Made by a program: the position numbers and the translations under genes. From Geotalea daltonii FRC-32 (GTDB lineage: Bacteria; Desulfobacterota; Desulfuromonadia; Geobacterales; Geobacteraceae), in NCBI RefSeq assembly GCF_000022265.1, contig NC_011979.1:2880001-2912000 (forward strand): DNA of 32,000 nt, read 5' to 3'. Within the stretch, counting starts at the first letter, position 1, and every line of letters starts with the position of its first letter. Under the pieces are notes generated by a model. It did no database searches. It was given only the letters and a program-made list of their open reading frames with translations, and had not been told where the DNA came from. Shown in pieces: positions 18,960 through 28,357 of the stretch.

Positions 18960-20209
18960 GTAGAAGAGACGACCGGTCCGATAATCTGATCTGTTCCTTT
19001 TGCGGCAAAAGCCAGGAAGAGGTAAAAAAACTGATCGCAGGTCCCACAGTTTACATCTGTGACGAATGCATCGAGTTGTGCAACGACATCATAGCCGAAG
19101 AGTCGAAACTTGAAGAGGCAACGGGACCGGATGTCAAAAAGCTGCCAAAACCCCTTGAAATAAAAGATGTCCTCGATGAGTATGTGATCGGACAGAAACA
19201 GGCCAAAAAGGTTCTTGCCGTTGCAGTCTATAACCACTACAAACGCATTGAAGCCATGACCAAACCGGGCGAAGTGGAGATGCAGAAAAGCAACATCCTG
19301 CTTCTGGGTCCGACAGGCTCAGGTAAAACCCTGCTGGCTCAGACTTTGGCAAGGATCCTTAAGGTTCCATTCGCCATGGCAGATGCAACCAACCTGACAG
19401 AGGCTGGTTATGTAGGTGAGGATGTGGAAAATATCATTCTTAACCTTCTGCAGGCTGCCGATTATGATGTTGAGCGGGCACAGAAGGGCATAATCTATAT
19501 AGATGAAATCGACAAAATAGCCCGCAAGTCGGACTCTCCTTCCATAACCAGGGATGTTTCCGGCGAAGGTGTACAACAGGCTCTTTTGAAAATCATCGAG
19601 GGCACTGTTGCCAGCGTGCCTCCCAAAGGTGGACGAAAGCACCCTCAGCAGGAATTCCTTAAGGTAGATACGACAAATATTCTCTTTATCTGCGGTGGCG
19701 CTTTTGCAGGTCTGGAAAATATCATACAGCAACGGATTGGGGTCAAGACTTTAGGTTTTGGCGCTGACGTTAAAAAGAAAATCGAGAAAAAAGCCGGGGA
19801 GCTGCTTATCGGCGTAACGCCAGAGGACCTGCTGAAATTTGGATTTATTCCTGAATTCGTAGGGCGGCTGCCTGTTCTTGCTTCTCTCACCGAATTGGAT
19901 GAAGAAGCAATGGTTCAGATACTCAAGGAACCCAAAAACGCCCTGGTCAAACAGTACCAGAAACTTTTCGACATGGAGCACGTCAAGCTCAAATTCACGG
20001 ATGGTTCATTGGTTGCCATTGCCAGAGAGGCTTTAAAAAGGAAAACCGGAGCGCGAGGGCTTAGGTCCATACTGGAGAATGCCATGCTCGACATCATGTA
20101 TGAGATACCATCTCAGACCATGGTTAAAGAGGTGGTAATCAGCGAAGATGTTATCTACAACAAGGAAAAACCAATTATAGTATATGAAAGCGTGGCGGAG
20201 TCCGCCTGA
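18956..20209 (+). CDS. clpX: ATP-dependent Clp protease ATP-binding subunit ClpX
   Basis: The GTG start overlaps the clpP stop (GTGA). The zinc-binding N-terminus is CSFCGK...CDEC. Walker A is GPTGSGKT and Walker B is IIYIDEIDK. Confidence 0.97.
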   Translation: MSRRDDRSDNLICSFCGKSQEEVKKLIAGPTVYICDECIELCNDIIAEESKLEEATGPDVKKLPKPLEIKDVLDEYVIGQKQAKKVLAVAVYNHYKRIEAMTKPGEVEMQKSNILLLGPTGSGKTLLAQTLARILKVPFAMADATNLTEAGYVGEDVENIILNLLQAADYDVERAQKGIIYIDEIDKIARKSDSPSITRDVSGEGVQQALLKIIEGTVASVPPKGGRKHPQQEFLKVDTTNILFICGGAFAGLENIIQQRIGVKTLGFGADVKKKIEKKAGELLIGVTPEDLLKFGFIPEFVGRLPVLASLTELDEEAMVQILKEPKNALVKQYQKLFDMEHVKLKFTDGSLVAIAREALKRKTGARGLRSILENAMLDIMYEIPSQTMVKEVVISEDVIYNKEKPIIVYESVAESA

Positions 20210-20227
20210 CGCATGGGAAACTGTTAA

Positions 20228-22657
20228 ATGTCTGAAAAAACTAAGATCAGCAGCATCAAGAGAGGGAAACCGACCAGGTTCCCTCTCTTTCCTTTAAGAG
20301 ATATGGTGATTTTTCCCCACATGGTGGTGCCTCTGTTCGTAGGGAGGGAAAAATCGATCCATGCCCTGGAAGCGGCGATGAATGGCAATAAATACATCTT
20401 TCTCGCCACCCAGAAAAATGCCAAGGTTGAAGACCCTAAACAGGATGAAATATACAGCACCGGAACCATCTGTCACATCATTCAACTACTTAAACTTCCT
20501 GACGGTACGGTGAAAGTGCTTGTCGAAGGTAAAAAACGTGGAACGATCCTCTCCTACCTGAACTGTGACGGCTACTTTACCGTGGAAGTCGCAGATGTTT
20601 CAGAAACTTCCAACAAGACGGCTAAATTGGAGGCCCTTGTCAGAGGCATCCGTAGTTCTTTCGAAAGATATGTCAAACTTACCAAAACCATACCTGCTGA
20701 AGTGACCAATGTGGTTTCCGGTATTTCGGAACCTTCCCGGCTGGCAGACAGCATAGCTACCCATTTAAACCTGAAAATAACGGACAAGCAGGACCTGCTT
20801 TCCCTGGCTGATCCGTTGAAAAGACTGGAAAAGCTCCTGGTATTCATGGAATCGGAGATTGAAATACTGCAGATTGAAAATCGCATTCATTCCCGTGTCA
20901 AAAAACAGATGGAGAAAGCGCAGAAAGATTACTATCTCAATGAGCAGATGCGGGCAATCCAGAAGGAACTGGGAAATAAGGATGAGTTCAAGCAGGAACT
21001 GGCAGAATTGGAAAAGAAAATAGCCCGACAGAAAATGCCTGTTGAAGTCTCTGAGAAAGCTCTGTCTGAATTGAAGAAGTTAAAATCAATGTCTCCTGCC
21101 TCCGCTGAGGCTGCCGTTATAAGAAATTACCTGGATTGGCTCCTTTCCGTGCCCTGGACTGAATCGTCTGCTGAAAACAAGGATATAGCCACTGCCGAAT
21201 CTGTTCTCGATGCTGATCACTTTGGACTTGAGAAGGTAAAAGAGAGGATACTGGAGTACCTGGCAGTTACTTCTCTTGTTGCCTTGAAGGGACCTATAAT
21301 ATGTCTTGTCGGGCCTCCAGGGGTCGGCAAGACATCCCTGGTTAAATCCATCGCCAGAGCCACGGGACGGAAGTTTATCAAAATGTCTCTTGGAGGAGTG
21401 CGTGACGAAGCAGAAATCAGAGGACACAGACGTACATATGTTGGAGCCATGCCGGGCAAAATCATACAGAGCATGAAAAGAGCTGGTACAATCAACCCTG
21501 TCTTCCTTCTGGATGAAATCGATAAAATGAGCACGGATTTCAGGGGGGATCCTGCTTCAGCTCTGCTTGAAGTGCTTGATCCTGAGCAAAATTTCACCTT
21601 CACCGATCATTTTCTCGATGTTGACTATGATCTGTCCAGGGTAATGTTCGTGACGACCGCCAATTCCCTTCATTCCATTCCACGACCGCTTTTGGACAGG
21701 CTTGAGGTTATAAGGCTGGACGGTTATCTGGAAATGGAAAAACTTGCCATCGCAAAACAGTACCTGGTGAAAAAACAGCTGGCAGCCCATGGCCTGGAGG
21801 AAAAAAATGCGACATTTACTGATAAGGCCATATTGGAAATAATTCGCCACTATACCCGTGAGGCAGGAGTAAGAAACCTTGAGAGGGAAATAGCCAATAT
21901 TTGCCGAAAAACCGCCCATGCTCTTGTAAAAGGTAAAAATTCAAGATCAAAGAAGATTTCCATTTCGGACAGAGAGATTAAAAATTTCCTCGGGGTTCCG
22001 CGTTTCAGATATGGGATGGGAGAGGAAACGGATTCCATAGGAGTTGTTACAGGACTTGCCTGGACAGAAGTGGGGGGGGACTTGCTGAAGATTGAAGTTG
22101 CCACTCTTCCCGGTAAAGGTAAAATGATCATAACAGGTAAACTTGGTGAGGTGATGCAGGAATCCGCCCAGGCTGCCATGACTTATGTCCGTTCCCGAGC
22201 ATTGATGCTGGGGTTGGAGCCCGACTTCTATCAGAATCTGGACATACATATTCATGTCCCTGAAGGAGCGATCCCTAAGGATGGTCCATCTGCGGGGATA
22301 ACCATGGCAACGGCGATAATCTCTGCTTTGACAAATAAGGCAGTTTTGAATTCCATTGCCATGACCGGTGAAATTACTCTTCTGGGCAGAGTTCTTGCCA
22401 TAGGCGGTTTAAAGGAAAAGATTCTTGCTGCCAGGCGTGGTCTGATAAAAAAAGTGCTTATTCCGCTAGATAATGAGAAGGATCTGGTGGAAATGCCCAA
22501 GGAACTCATTGCAGGGTTGGAAATAAGATCAGTAAAACATATGGATGATGTTATTTTGAACGCTTTTGTTTCCAGTCCATTAGTTGCAAAAGCCGATAGT
22601 TTTTCAGATGCTGGCGGTATGATGAAGTCTCAGTCTGAAAAAGTTACATCCCATTGA
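20228..22657 (+). CDS. lon: Lon protease (LonA)
   Basis: 809 aa with a LON N-domain. Walker A is GPPGVGKTS. The catalytic Ser lies in [12 protein letters not shown], with a downstream Lys in GGLKEK. Confidence 0.97.
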   Translation: MSEKTKISSIKRGKPTRFPLFPLRDMVIFPHMVVPLFVGREKSIHALEAAMNGNKYIFLATQKNAKVEDPKQDEIYSTGTICHIIQLLKLPDGTVKVLVEGKKRGTILSYLNCDGYFTVEVADVSETSNKTAKLEALVRGIRSSFERYVKLTKTIPAEVTNVVSGISEPSRLADSIATHLNLKITDKQDLLSLADPLKRLEKLLVFMESEIEILQIENRIHSRVKKQMEKAQKDYYLNEQMRAIQKELGNKDEFKQELAELEKKIARQKMPVEVSEKALSELKKLKSMSPASAEAAVIRNYLDWLLSVPWTESSAENKDIATAESVLDADHFGLEKVKERILEYLAVTSLVALKGPIICLVGPPGVGKTSLVKSIARATGRKFIKMSLGGVRDEAEIRGHRRTYVGAMPGKIIQSMKRAGTINPVFLLDEIDKMSTDFRGDPASALLEVLDPEQNFTFTDHFLDVDYDLSRVMFVTTANSLHSIPRPLLDRLEVIRLDGYLEMEKLAIAKQYLVKKQLAAHGLEEKNATFTDKAILEIIRHYTREAGVRNLEREIANICRKTAHALVKGKNSRSKKISISDREIKNFLGVPRFRYGMGEETDSIGVVTGLAWTEVGGDLLKIEVATLPGKGKMIITGKLGEVMQESAQAAMTYVRSRALMLGLEPDFYQNLDIHIHVPEGAIPKDGPSAGITMATAIISALTNKAVLNSIAMTGEITLLGRVLAIGGLKEKILAARRGLIKKVLIPLDNEKDLVEMPKELIAGLEIRSVKHMDDVILNAFVSSPLVAKADSFSDAGGMMKSQSEKVTSH

Positions 22658-22669
22658 GACTTTTTTTTG
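22625..22669 (+). terminator. Possible weak terminator overlapping the lon 3' end
   Basis: An 8-bp stem AAGTCTCA (22625-22632) / TGAGACTT (22655-22662) with a large 22-nt loop, followed by T8. Confidence 0.35.
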
Positions 22670-22679
22670 CAAAATAGTC

Positions 22680-22708
22680 TTGACACAATTGGTATTGTTT
22701 TGATATAA
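22680..22708 (+). promoter_or_regulatory. Putative sigma70 promoter of the tRNA cluster
   Basis: TTGACA (22680-22685), 17-nt spacer, ATATAA (22703-22708), about 40 nt upstream of the first tRNA. Confidence 0.6.
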
Positions 22709-22750
22709 GAGGTGTCTGCTTAAGACAGGACGTCAAGTCTTGCAGGTCAA

Positions 22751-22827
<77 letters not shown>

Positions 22828-22831
22828 TTAA

Positions 22832-22907
22832 GGGCGAATAGCTCAGCTGGGAGAGCGCCAGCCTTACAAGCTGGATGTCACAGGTTCGATCCCTGTTTCG
22901 CCCACCA
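22832..22907 (+). tRNA. tRNA-Val (anticodon TAC), CCA encoded
   Basis: Acceptor GGGCGAA/TTCGCCC, D-arm TAGCTCAGCTGGGAGAGC, anticodon loop CTTACAA, T-arm CAGGTTCGATCCCTG, 3' ACCA. Confidence 0.9.
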
Positions 22908-22916
22908 AAACACTCG

Positions 22917-22945
22917 CGGGAGATAACATCTCCCGTTTTGTTTTA
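22917..22945 (+). terminator. Hairpin terminator between tRNA-Val and the second tRNA-Asp
   Basis: Perfect 8-bp stem CGGGAGAT (22917-22924) / ATCTCCCG (22928-22935) with a 3-nt loop, then TTTTGTTTT. Confidence 0.7.
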
Positions 22946-22962
22946 CCACCACAATTTAATTT

Positions 22963-23039
<77 letters not shown>

Positions 23040-23046
23040 TCTAGAG

Positions 23047-23073
23047 AAGCCATGCTTGTAGCATGGCTTTTTC
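23047..23073 (+). terminator. Rho-independent terminator after the tRNA cluster
   Basis: Perfect 9-bp stem AAGCCATGC (23047-23055) / GCATGGCTT (23061-23069) with a 5-nt loop and a T-run. Confidence 0.8.
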
Positions 23074-23236
23074 TGTCAGATTTATCTCTCCTCAACAGCC
23101 TACCGGTCCTTTCGCTTGACTTAGAAGCTCCAAATCGTTTATCCTTCAGAAGTTACGGCACCACAATTCAGTTTCCCAAAAGTCATGTCCTCTATTAATA
23201 AGGCTCAAAATATATGAAGATTAAGGGGGGGTATCG

Positions 23237-23950
23237 GTGAAGACTGTTGTTGTTATACCCACCTATAACGAGTGTGAAAATCTTGAGAGACTGACGACGA
23301 AAGTCCTTGCTCAGGATGTATCCATCTCCATTTTAATCGTTGACGACAATTCCCCTGACGGGACCGGTGACCTAGCTGATAAAATGGCAGCATTAAATCC
23401 AAGGATCAGCGTCCTTCATCGCAAAGGAAAACTTGGCCTGGGATCAGCGTACAGAGAAGGATTCCGTCTCGCGATGCAGCAAGGTGCAGACTATATAATC
23501 GAAATGGATGCAGATTTTTCCCATGACCCGGAGATACTGCCGCACTTTCTTCAAAAAATGTCCGATTTTGATCTGGTCATAGGATCGCGGTATCTGAATG
23601 GGGTCAGTGTTGTTAATTGGCCCATAAGACGACTTATTCTCAGCTACTCTGCCAGTGTCTACACACGCCTTATTACTGGCCTCAAGATTTCCGACTGCAC
23701 CAGCGGGTTTAAATGTTTCAGTCGTAAGGTTTTAGAAAAGATAAACCTGGACGAGATAAAATCTGATGGATATTCCTTTCAGATTGAGATGAATTTCCGC
23801 TGCGTCGAGCAAGGCTTTAAAGTCGGGGAAGTGCCGATCATTTTTATCGACAGGCATGCTGGGTCATCCAAGATGTCAAAAAAAATCGTCCGCGAGGCGG
23901 TAATAATGGTCTGGAAATTGAAACTCGGCTCACTATTACACTATAAATAA
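23237..23950 (+). CDS. GT2-family polyprenyl-phosphate glycosyltransferase (DPM1/Ppm1/GtrB-like)
   Basis: GTG start after the RBS AAGGGGGGG. The sequence shows VVIPTYNECENL, IVDDNSPDGT and EMDADFSH (DxD), with the typical 237-aa soluble DPM1-like size. Confidence 0.85.
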   Translation: MKTVVVIPTYNECENLERLTTKVLAQDVSISILIVDDNSPDGTGDLADKMAALNPRISVLHRKGKLGLGSAYREGFRLAMQQGADYIIEMDADFSHDPEILPHFLQKMSDFDLVIGSRYLNGVSVVNWPIRRLILSYSASVYTRLITGLKISDCTSGFKCFSRKVLEKINLDEIKSDGYSFQIEMNFRCVEQGFKVGEVPIIFIDRHAGSSKMSKKIVREAVIMVWKLKLGSLLHYK

Positions 23951-23971
23951 GGATATGAATAAGGAACCACC

Positions 23972-24157
23972 ATGTCGTCCCAACAATGGGCCATTCTTAC
24001 ATTACTAGGTTTTTATGGCTGGATTTCATCTACTGTAGCTTTCATTCTGACCAGCTTTCCATCAAATGGAGGATTTCTGGTAAAAAAAGGAATCAGAATC
24101 GGAAGCTGTGTTGTTTTCTTTTTTGTCATGTGGATAATCGGCATGCTTAACGCCTGA
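23972..24157 (+). CDS. Small (61 aa) two-helix membrane protein, hypothetical
   Basis: ATG preceded by AAGGAA. There are two clear hydrophobic helices, WAILTLLGFYGWISSTVAFILT and IGSCVVFFFVMWIIGML. It is tightly packed between the GT2 and NHL genes. Confidence 0.55.
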   Translation: MSSQQWAILTLLGFYGWISSTVAFILTSFPSNGGFLVKKGIRIGSCVVFFFVMWIIGMLNA

Positions 24158-24171
24158 AAGGGGAGTGGCTA

Positions 24172-25203
24172 TTGCTTTTTAAAGCTTTTCTTACCGTTTC
24201 CCTGCTCCTGTTTACTGCCTGTGCAGCTGTTGAGCCGCTTACTCTCCACGATCCCCAGATTAATCTTGCTTGGCCTTATCCCCCCAACGAACCTCGAATC
24301 AGGTTTCTTCGGACCATCAACGGCCCGGACGATATTCTGCCCCCTCGTGGAAAGATCAGAAAATATTTTGATTATTTGACGGGTGAGTCGGACCAGGGAA
24401 TAAAGCTTGATCTGCCCTTCGCTATCGGAGGGGATGGCGAATCCGTACTTTATATAGCAGATACAGGCATGGGGATTGTTCACAGATACGATTTGGAGTC
24501 ACGGGAGGTGGGATACCTTCTCATGGCCGGGGAGGATGTGCTGTCGAGTCCTGTAGGGGTCGCGGTTGATTCCGCTAAAAACCTGTATGTCTCCGATTCG
24601 TTGAATGGCAAGGTGTATAAATACGATAAAAATGGAAAATTTCTTGGGGAATTAAAACCGGAAAAACCCTTCTCCAGGCCGGCCGGTATTGCAGTAAACA
24701 GCAAAGACGAAAAGTATGTGGTGGATGTTCTGGCACACAAACTGTATCTTTTTGACAAAGAAGATCGCTTTAAGAGTCCTTTCCCGCGAGAAAGTGAAGA
24801 TCAGGAACTTAGTTACCCATCCAATGTTGCAGTGGATAGCAGTGATAATGTGTATATTACCGATTCAATGAATTTCACCATTAAAAAGTTTACGCCTGAT
24901 GGCGAACTTAAGGGCAAAATTGGCGACATAGGCGACGCTCCCGGTTCTTTCGCCAGGCCAAAAGGGATAGCTATTGACGGGGAAGGTCATCTTTATGTTA
25001 TTGATGCCACCCTTGATGATTTCCAGATCTTTAACTCGGGAGGAAAACTCCTTCTGCATGTGGGGAAAAATGGCGCAAGACCTGGGGAATTTTATTTGCC
25101 CAGCGGTATATATATCGATAAAAAGGATCATATCTTCATCGCAGACACTTACAACAGCAGAGTGCAGGTTTTTCAGTATTTGAGAGAGGGTACGAAACAG
25201 TGA
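24172..25203 (+). CDS. NHL-repeat six-bladed beta-propeller lipoprotein
   Basis: TTG start after AGGGGAG. The lipoprotein signal is MLFKAFLTVSLLLFTAC. Six repeats fit the pattern P.G(I/V)A(V/I)D....(L/V)Y(V/I).D......(V/I)..(F/Y). Confidence 0.85.
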   Translation: MLFKAFLTVSLLLFTACAAVEPLTLHDPQINLAWPYPPNEPRIRFLRTINGPDDILPPRGKIRKYFDYLTGESDQGIKLDLPFAIGGDGESVLYIADTGMGIVHRYDLESREVGYLLMAGEDVLSSPVGVAVDSAKNLYVSDSLNGKVYKYDKNGKFLGELKPEKPFSRPAGIAVNSKDEKYVVDVLAHKLYLFDKEDRFKSPFPRESEDQELSYPSNVAVDSSDNVYITDSMNFTIKKFTPDGELKGKIGDIGDAPGSFARPKGIAIDGEGHLYVIDATLDDFQIFNSGGKLLLHVGKNGARPGEFYLPSGIYIDKKDHIFIADTYNSRVQVFQYLREGTKQ

Positions 25204-25937
25204 AAAAGGTTCTTGTCGGAATGGCTGTTCTCATTAGCCTGATAATTCTCCAGAAAAACAGTTTTGCCATTTATGGTCCCAAGGTAACCGAGACAGGCAA
25301 CAAGCACAACTTGTCCTATGACAATACTGGGGTTACATACAAGGCCTCCGATTCCAGTGATCCTCGCGCACGCCAGATATGTATATTCTGCCATACACCT
25401 CACAATGCGGTGATCAATCGTGGATTGTGGAACAGGATGGAGACCACCCAGGTCTTCGGACAATACACCGCTACGGGTCTTCGCATCAGAACCGATCTCA
25501 AAGCCATAAGCGATTATAACGAACCAAATGGTGCATCACGGCTCTGTCTCAGTTGTCATGACGGAGTTACTGCACTCGGAGCCGTTGCTCGGGGCACCAA
25601 CATAGCCATAAACGGTGATCTTGCCAAGGTTATGGCCGGAATCAACGTTTTCGATCGCACTAAAGTTACCAATTCCCATCACCCTGTTTCCTTCAATTAT
25701 GCCCGAGTGCAGCAAGCCCTGCCTGATTACAAGGTCGTTTCTTCCGATGGGAAAGTAAAACTTGACGGACAAGGCAGGATGCAGTGCACCACCTGTCATG
25801 ATCCTCATCAGACCAGGGATACGACCATGCCTTTCTGGGTATGGGACTACATACCACCGGATCCCCCTTCGGATCCTGCGAACTCACACGATGCAGTATG
25901 TGTTACCTGTCATCAATTTCCTAACAATACCTTCTAA
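25200..25937 (+). CDS. Tetrahaem c-type cytochrome (paired-CXXCH type), secreted
   Basis: The GTG start overlaps the NHL stop (GTGA). A signal peptide is present. The four CXXCH motifs are CIFCH, CLSCH, CTTCH and CVTCH, with CxxCH.PH contexts typical of Geobacter-type paired-CXXCH cytochromes. Confidence 0.85.
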   Translation: MKKVLVGMAVLISLIILQKNSFAIYGPKVTETGNKHNLSYDNTGVTYKASDSSDPRARQICIFCHTPHNAVINRGLWNRMETTQVFGQYTATGLRIRTDLKAISDYNEPNGASRLCLSCHDGVTALGAVARGTNIAINGDLAKVMAGINVFDRTKVTNSHHPVSFNYARVQQALPDYKVVSSDGKVKLDGQGRMQCTTCHDPHQTRDTTMPFWVWDYIPPDPPSDPANSHDAVCVTCHQFPNNTF

Positions 25938-25948
25938 GGAAATTCCTT

Positions 25949-27037
25949 ATGTATAAAATACTTTTCATATCCGTGTCGCTGCTAGCCATGTCCCTATCGA
26001 TATCAGCGTTCGGGGCCGACAAAGTTACCCACCTGGATGGGACAAAGGTACCTCGTGGTTGCGCCACATGTCATAATCGTTTCAATTTCAAGACAGGGGG
26101 CGGCGTTGCAATATGCATTGTTTGCCATGGTGATCCTTCCCGGATTTCCCAGGAATACAAATTCATGCCAAAAAAATTTGCCCCCAAAATGTCCGACCAG
26201 AAAAACGTCGAGGCTGAGTTTAAAAAGCCCTATCGCCATCCTGCCTTCGAATTTTCAGCAGGAGTGCACCGGGCACAGGAGAATTTTCCTGAAACGGATT
26301 CCAGGGCACAGCGTCATGCAACGTGCGGCGATTGCCATAATGTTCACTATTCCACCTCTACCAACAAATTTGCCGGATTAAAGAATAAAAGGGGGTTGGT
26401 AACGTCCATATCCAATGAGTATGAGCTTTGCTACCGGTGTCATGGCGATAGTGCAAATCTTCCCTCACGATCTACAAATAAAAGAGTTCTGTTCGCTTCA
26501 ACAAATCCATCCTTTCATCCCATTGAAGCCGAAGGTAGAAATTCGGCTGTAGTCAGTCTATTGAAACCATACAAGGAAAAAAAGATTATTCCGGGAGATG
26601 TATCCCGAATTTCATGCAGCGACTGCCATGGAAGCGATAATTCCTCATCTCCTTCTGGACCACATGGCTCCAACTATGAGTTCATCCTGGTAGAAAATTA
26701 CTCTATCAGGGACAATCAGTCCGAGTCGCCGCAGAATTATGCTCTATGCTATCGGTGTCATAGTCGCACCAGCATCATGAGCGATGAAAGCTTCAAGTAT
26801 CACTCGCTGCATATCAATGGAAGGGCCGCCGGTTCATCTTTTTCAGGTACTTCCTGCCATACCTGCCATGATTCCCATGGAAGTACCGAATACAAATATC
26901 TTATTAGATTCAACCAGGAGATAGTTGCCGCCAATGCAAACGGAACCTTGAAATTTGTGGAAAAAGGAGTAGCTTCATTCCGTGGCGAATGTTATCTTTC
27001 GTGCCACGGCGTGGACCACGATCCAAAAAAATATTAA
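25949..27037 (+). CDS. Multihaem c-type cytochrome (7 CXXCH plus one CX3CH), secreted
   Basis: The signal peptide is MYKILFISVSLLAMSLSISAFGAD. The motifs are CATCH, CIVCH, CGDCH, CYRCH, CSDCH, CYRCH and CHTCH, plus a C-terminal CYLSCH. Confidence 0.85.
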   Translation: MYKILFISVSLLAMSLSISAFGADKVTHLDGTKVPRGCATCHNRFNFKTGGGVAICIVCHGDPSRISQEYKFMPKKFAPKMSDQKNVEAEFKKPYRHPAFEFSAGVHRAQENFPETDSRAQRHATCGDCHNVHYSTSTNKFAGLKNKRGLVTSISNEYELCYRCHGDSANLPSRSTNKRVLFASTNPSFHPIEAEGRNSAVVSLLKPYKEKKIIPGDVSRISCSDCHGSDNSSSPSGPHGSNYEFILVENYSIRDNQSESPQNYALCYRCHSRTSIMSDESFKYHSLHINGRAAGSSFSGTSCHTCHDSHGSTEYKYLIRFNQEIVAANANGTLKFVEKGVASFRGECYLSCHGVDHDPKKY

Positions 27038-27070
27038 AAATCTACATTTATATGTTAAGATATGGTAATT

Positions 27071-27099
27071 AAAACCACAGCCTTTTGTGCTGTGGTTTT
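27071..27099 (+). terminator. Perfect 11-bp hairpin (A-tract/T-tract, potentially bidirectional terminator) between the cytochrome genes and gspF
   Basis: AAAACCACAGC (27071-27081) / GCTGTGGTTTT (27089-27099) with a 7-nt loop. Confidence 0.65.
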
Positions 27100-27141
27100 A
27101 ATTATTCTAATTTCAAACTTTTTATGGTAGATTCTGCCTCT

Positions 27142-28350
27142 ATGTCTCTCTTTAAATGTAAAATAGGTGCCGCAGACGGCAAAATTCTTGAAAAGGAACT
27201 TGAGGCTGCAAATGTTTCCGTTCTCAAGCAAAGCCTTGAGGAGCAAGGCTTTTTTGTTTTTGAGCTTAAGAAAAAGCCAATGCAGTTTCTTCAGGACGTT
27301 GGTATCAGTCGCCGCAAGGTTGACAATAAAGCCCTCCTTACCTTTAACCAGGAATTACTGGTGCTGATCAAAGCCGGTCTACCGATCATTCAGGCGCTTG
27401 ATACCATTTTGGAGCGGGTAGAGAAGGGGCGTTTGCCCGAAATACTGAATGACGTCCGGGAGGATGTTAAGGGGGGTGCCGCTTTATCAACAGCATTTCA
27501 AAAGCACCCGAAGGTCTTCCCCCATCTGTACATCGCTTCGGTCCAGGCTGGCGAGAGAACCGGCGATCTACCCCAGACCATTTCCCGTTATATTGCATTT
27601 CTTAAGAAATCAGAAGGCTTTAAGAAAAAGGTCATCTCCGCCCTTATTTATCCCGGAATCATCCTGACTGTTGCGTTTCTCGCCGTAACCATGCTGCTGG
27701 TCTATGTAGTACCCACATTCAGCCAGGTTTACGCCGACTCAAAATCGAGTCTTCCGTTACCAACGCAAATGTTGATCGGATTTACCAGTGTTCTCAAACG
27801 TTATTTCCTTGTCGCTGTCGGTCTCATCATCATTTCAGCGTTCCTTTTAAGGAAATGGTCGGAAACGGAAGCCGGCAGATTCAGGGTGGATAGCCTCAAG
27901 ATCAGGATTCCGTTCGTTGGTCCACTTCTCATCAAGTATGCCATGACCACTTTCATGCGGACTTTGGCCACTGTTATGGGGAGTGGTATTCCCATTGTGG
28001 AATCACTCAGAATGTCAGTGGGTACGCTGAATAACATGTTGCTGGAGCGGAAGCTTCTGGCTGCCGTTGTAAGGGTGGAAGAAGGGGTCCAGCTATCTTC
28101 AGCCCTTGAAGGCACCAGGATGATGCCTCCCCTTGCTTTGCGCATGTTGGGTGTAGGCGAGACAACCGGTTCGCTGGAAGAAATGCTGGGCGATATATCC
28201 GAATATTTTGAAGAAGAAATAGAGCGGCATTTAAATGTGCTGACAACTTCCATAGAGCCTGCCATCATGGTAATTATGGGAATAATTATCGGCGGCATCA
28301 TCATAACCATGTACCTGCCAATATTCAAAATAGCAGGGACAGTGGGCTGA
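27142..28350 (+). CDS. gspF: Type II secretion / type IV pilus platform protein (GspF/PilC family)
   Basis: The ORF track starts at TTG 27085, inside the hairpin. ATG 27142 gives the family-like N-terminus MSLFKCKIGAADGKILEKELEA; ATG 27124 is an alternative. Two T2SSF repeats and three TM segments are present. Confidence 0.88.
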   Translation: MSLFKCKIGAADGKILEKELEAANVSVLKQSLEEQGFFVFELKKKPMQFLQDVGISRRKVDNKALLTFNQELLVLIKAGLPIIQALDTILERVEKGRLPEILNDVREDVKGGAALSTAFQKHPKVFPHLYIASVQAGERTGDLPQTISRYIAFLKKSEGFKKKVISALIYPGIILTVAFLAVTMLLVYVVPTFSQVYADSKSSLPLPTQMLIGFTSVLKRYFLVAVGLIIISAFLLRKWSETEAGRFRVDSLKIRIPFVGPLLIKYAMTTFMRTLATVMGSGIPIVESLRMSVGTLNNMLLERKLLAAVVRVEEGVQLSSALEGTRMMPPLALRMLGVGETTGSLEEMLGDISEYFEEEIERHLNVLTTSIEPAIMVIMGIIIGGIIITMYLPIFKIAGTVG

Positions 28351-28357
28351 AGGGAAC

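Noticed and set aside
23156-23171. Sigma54-like element CGGCAC-N5-TTCAG upstream of the GT2 gene
   Set aside because: The -12 element lacks the conserved GC (TTGCA), the -24 element lacks the leading T, and no enhancer-binding protein gene is adjacent.
27085-27141. Extended gspF start (TTG 27085); likewise TTG 11790 for xseB and ATG 768 for the secreted protein
   Set aside because: TTG 27085 lies in the loop of the 11-bp terminator hairpin. The extensions add non-family sequence, whereas the internal ATGs give family-typical N-termini, and ATG 831 also has an RBS.
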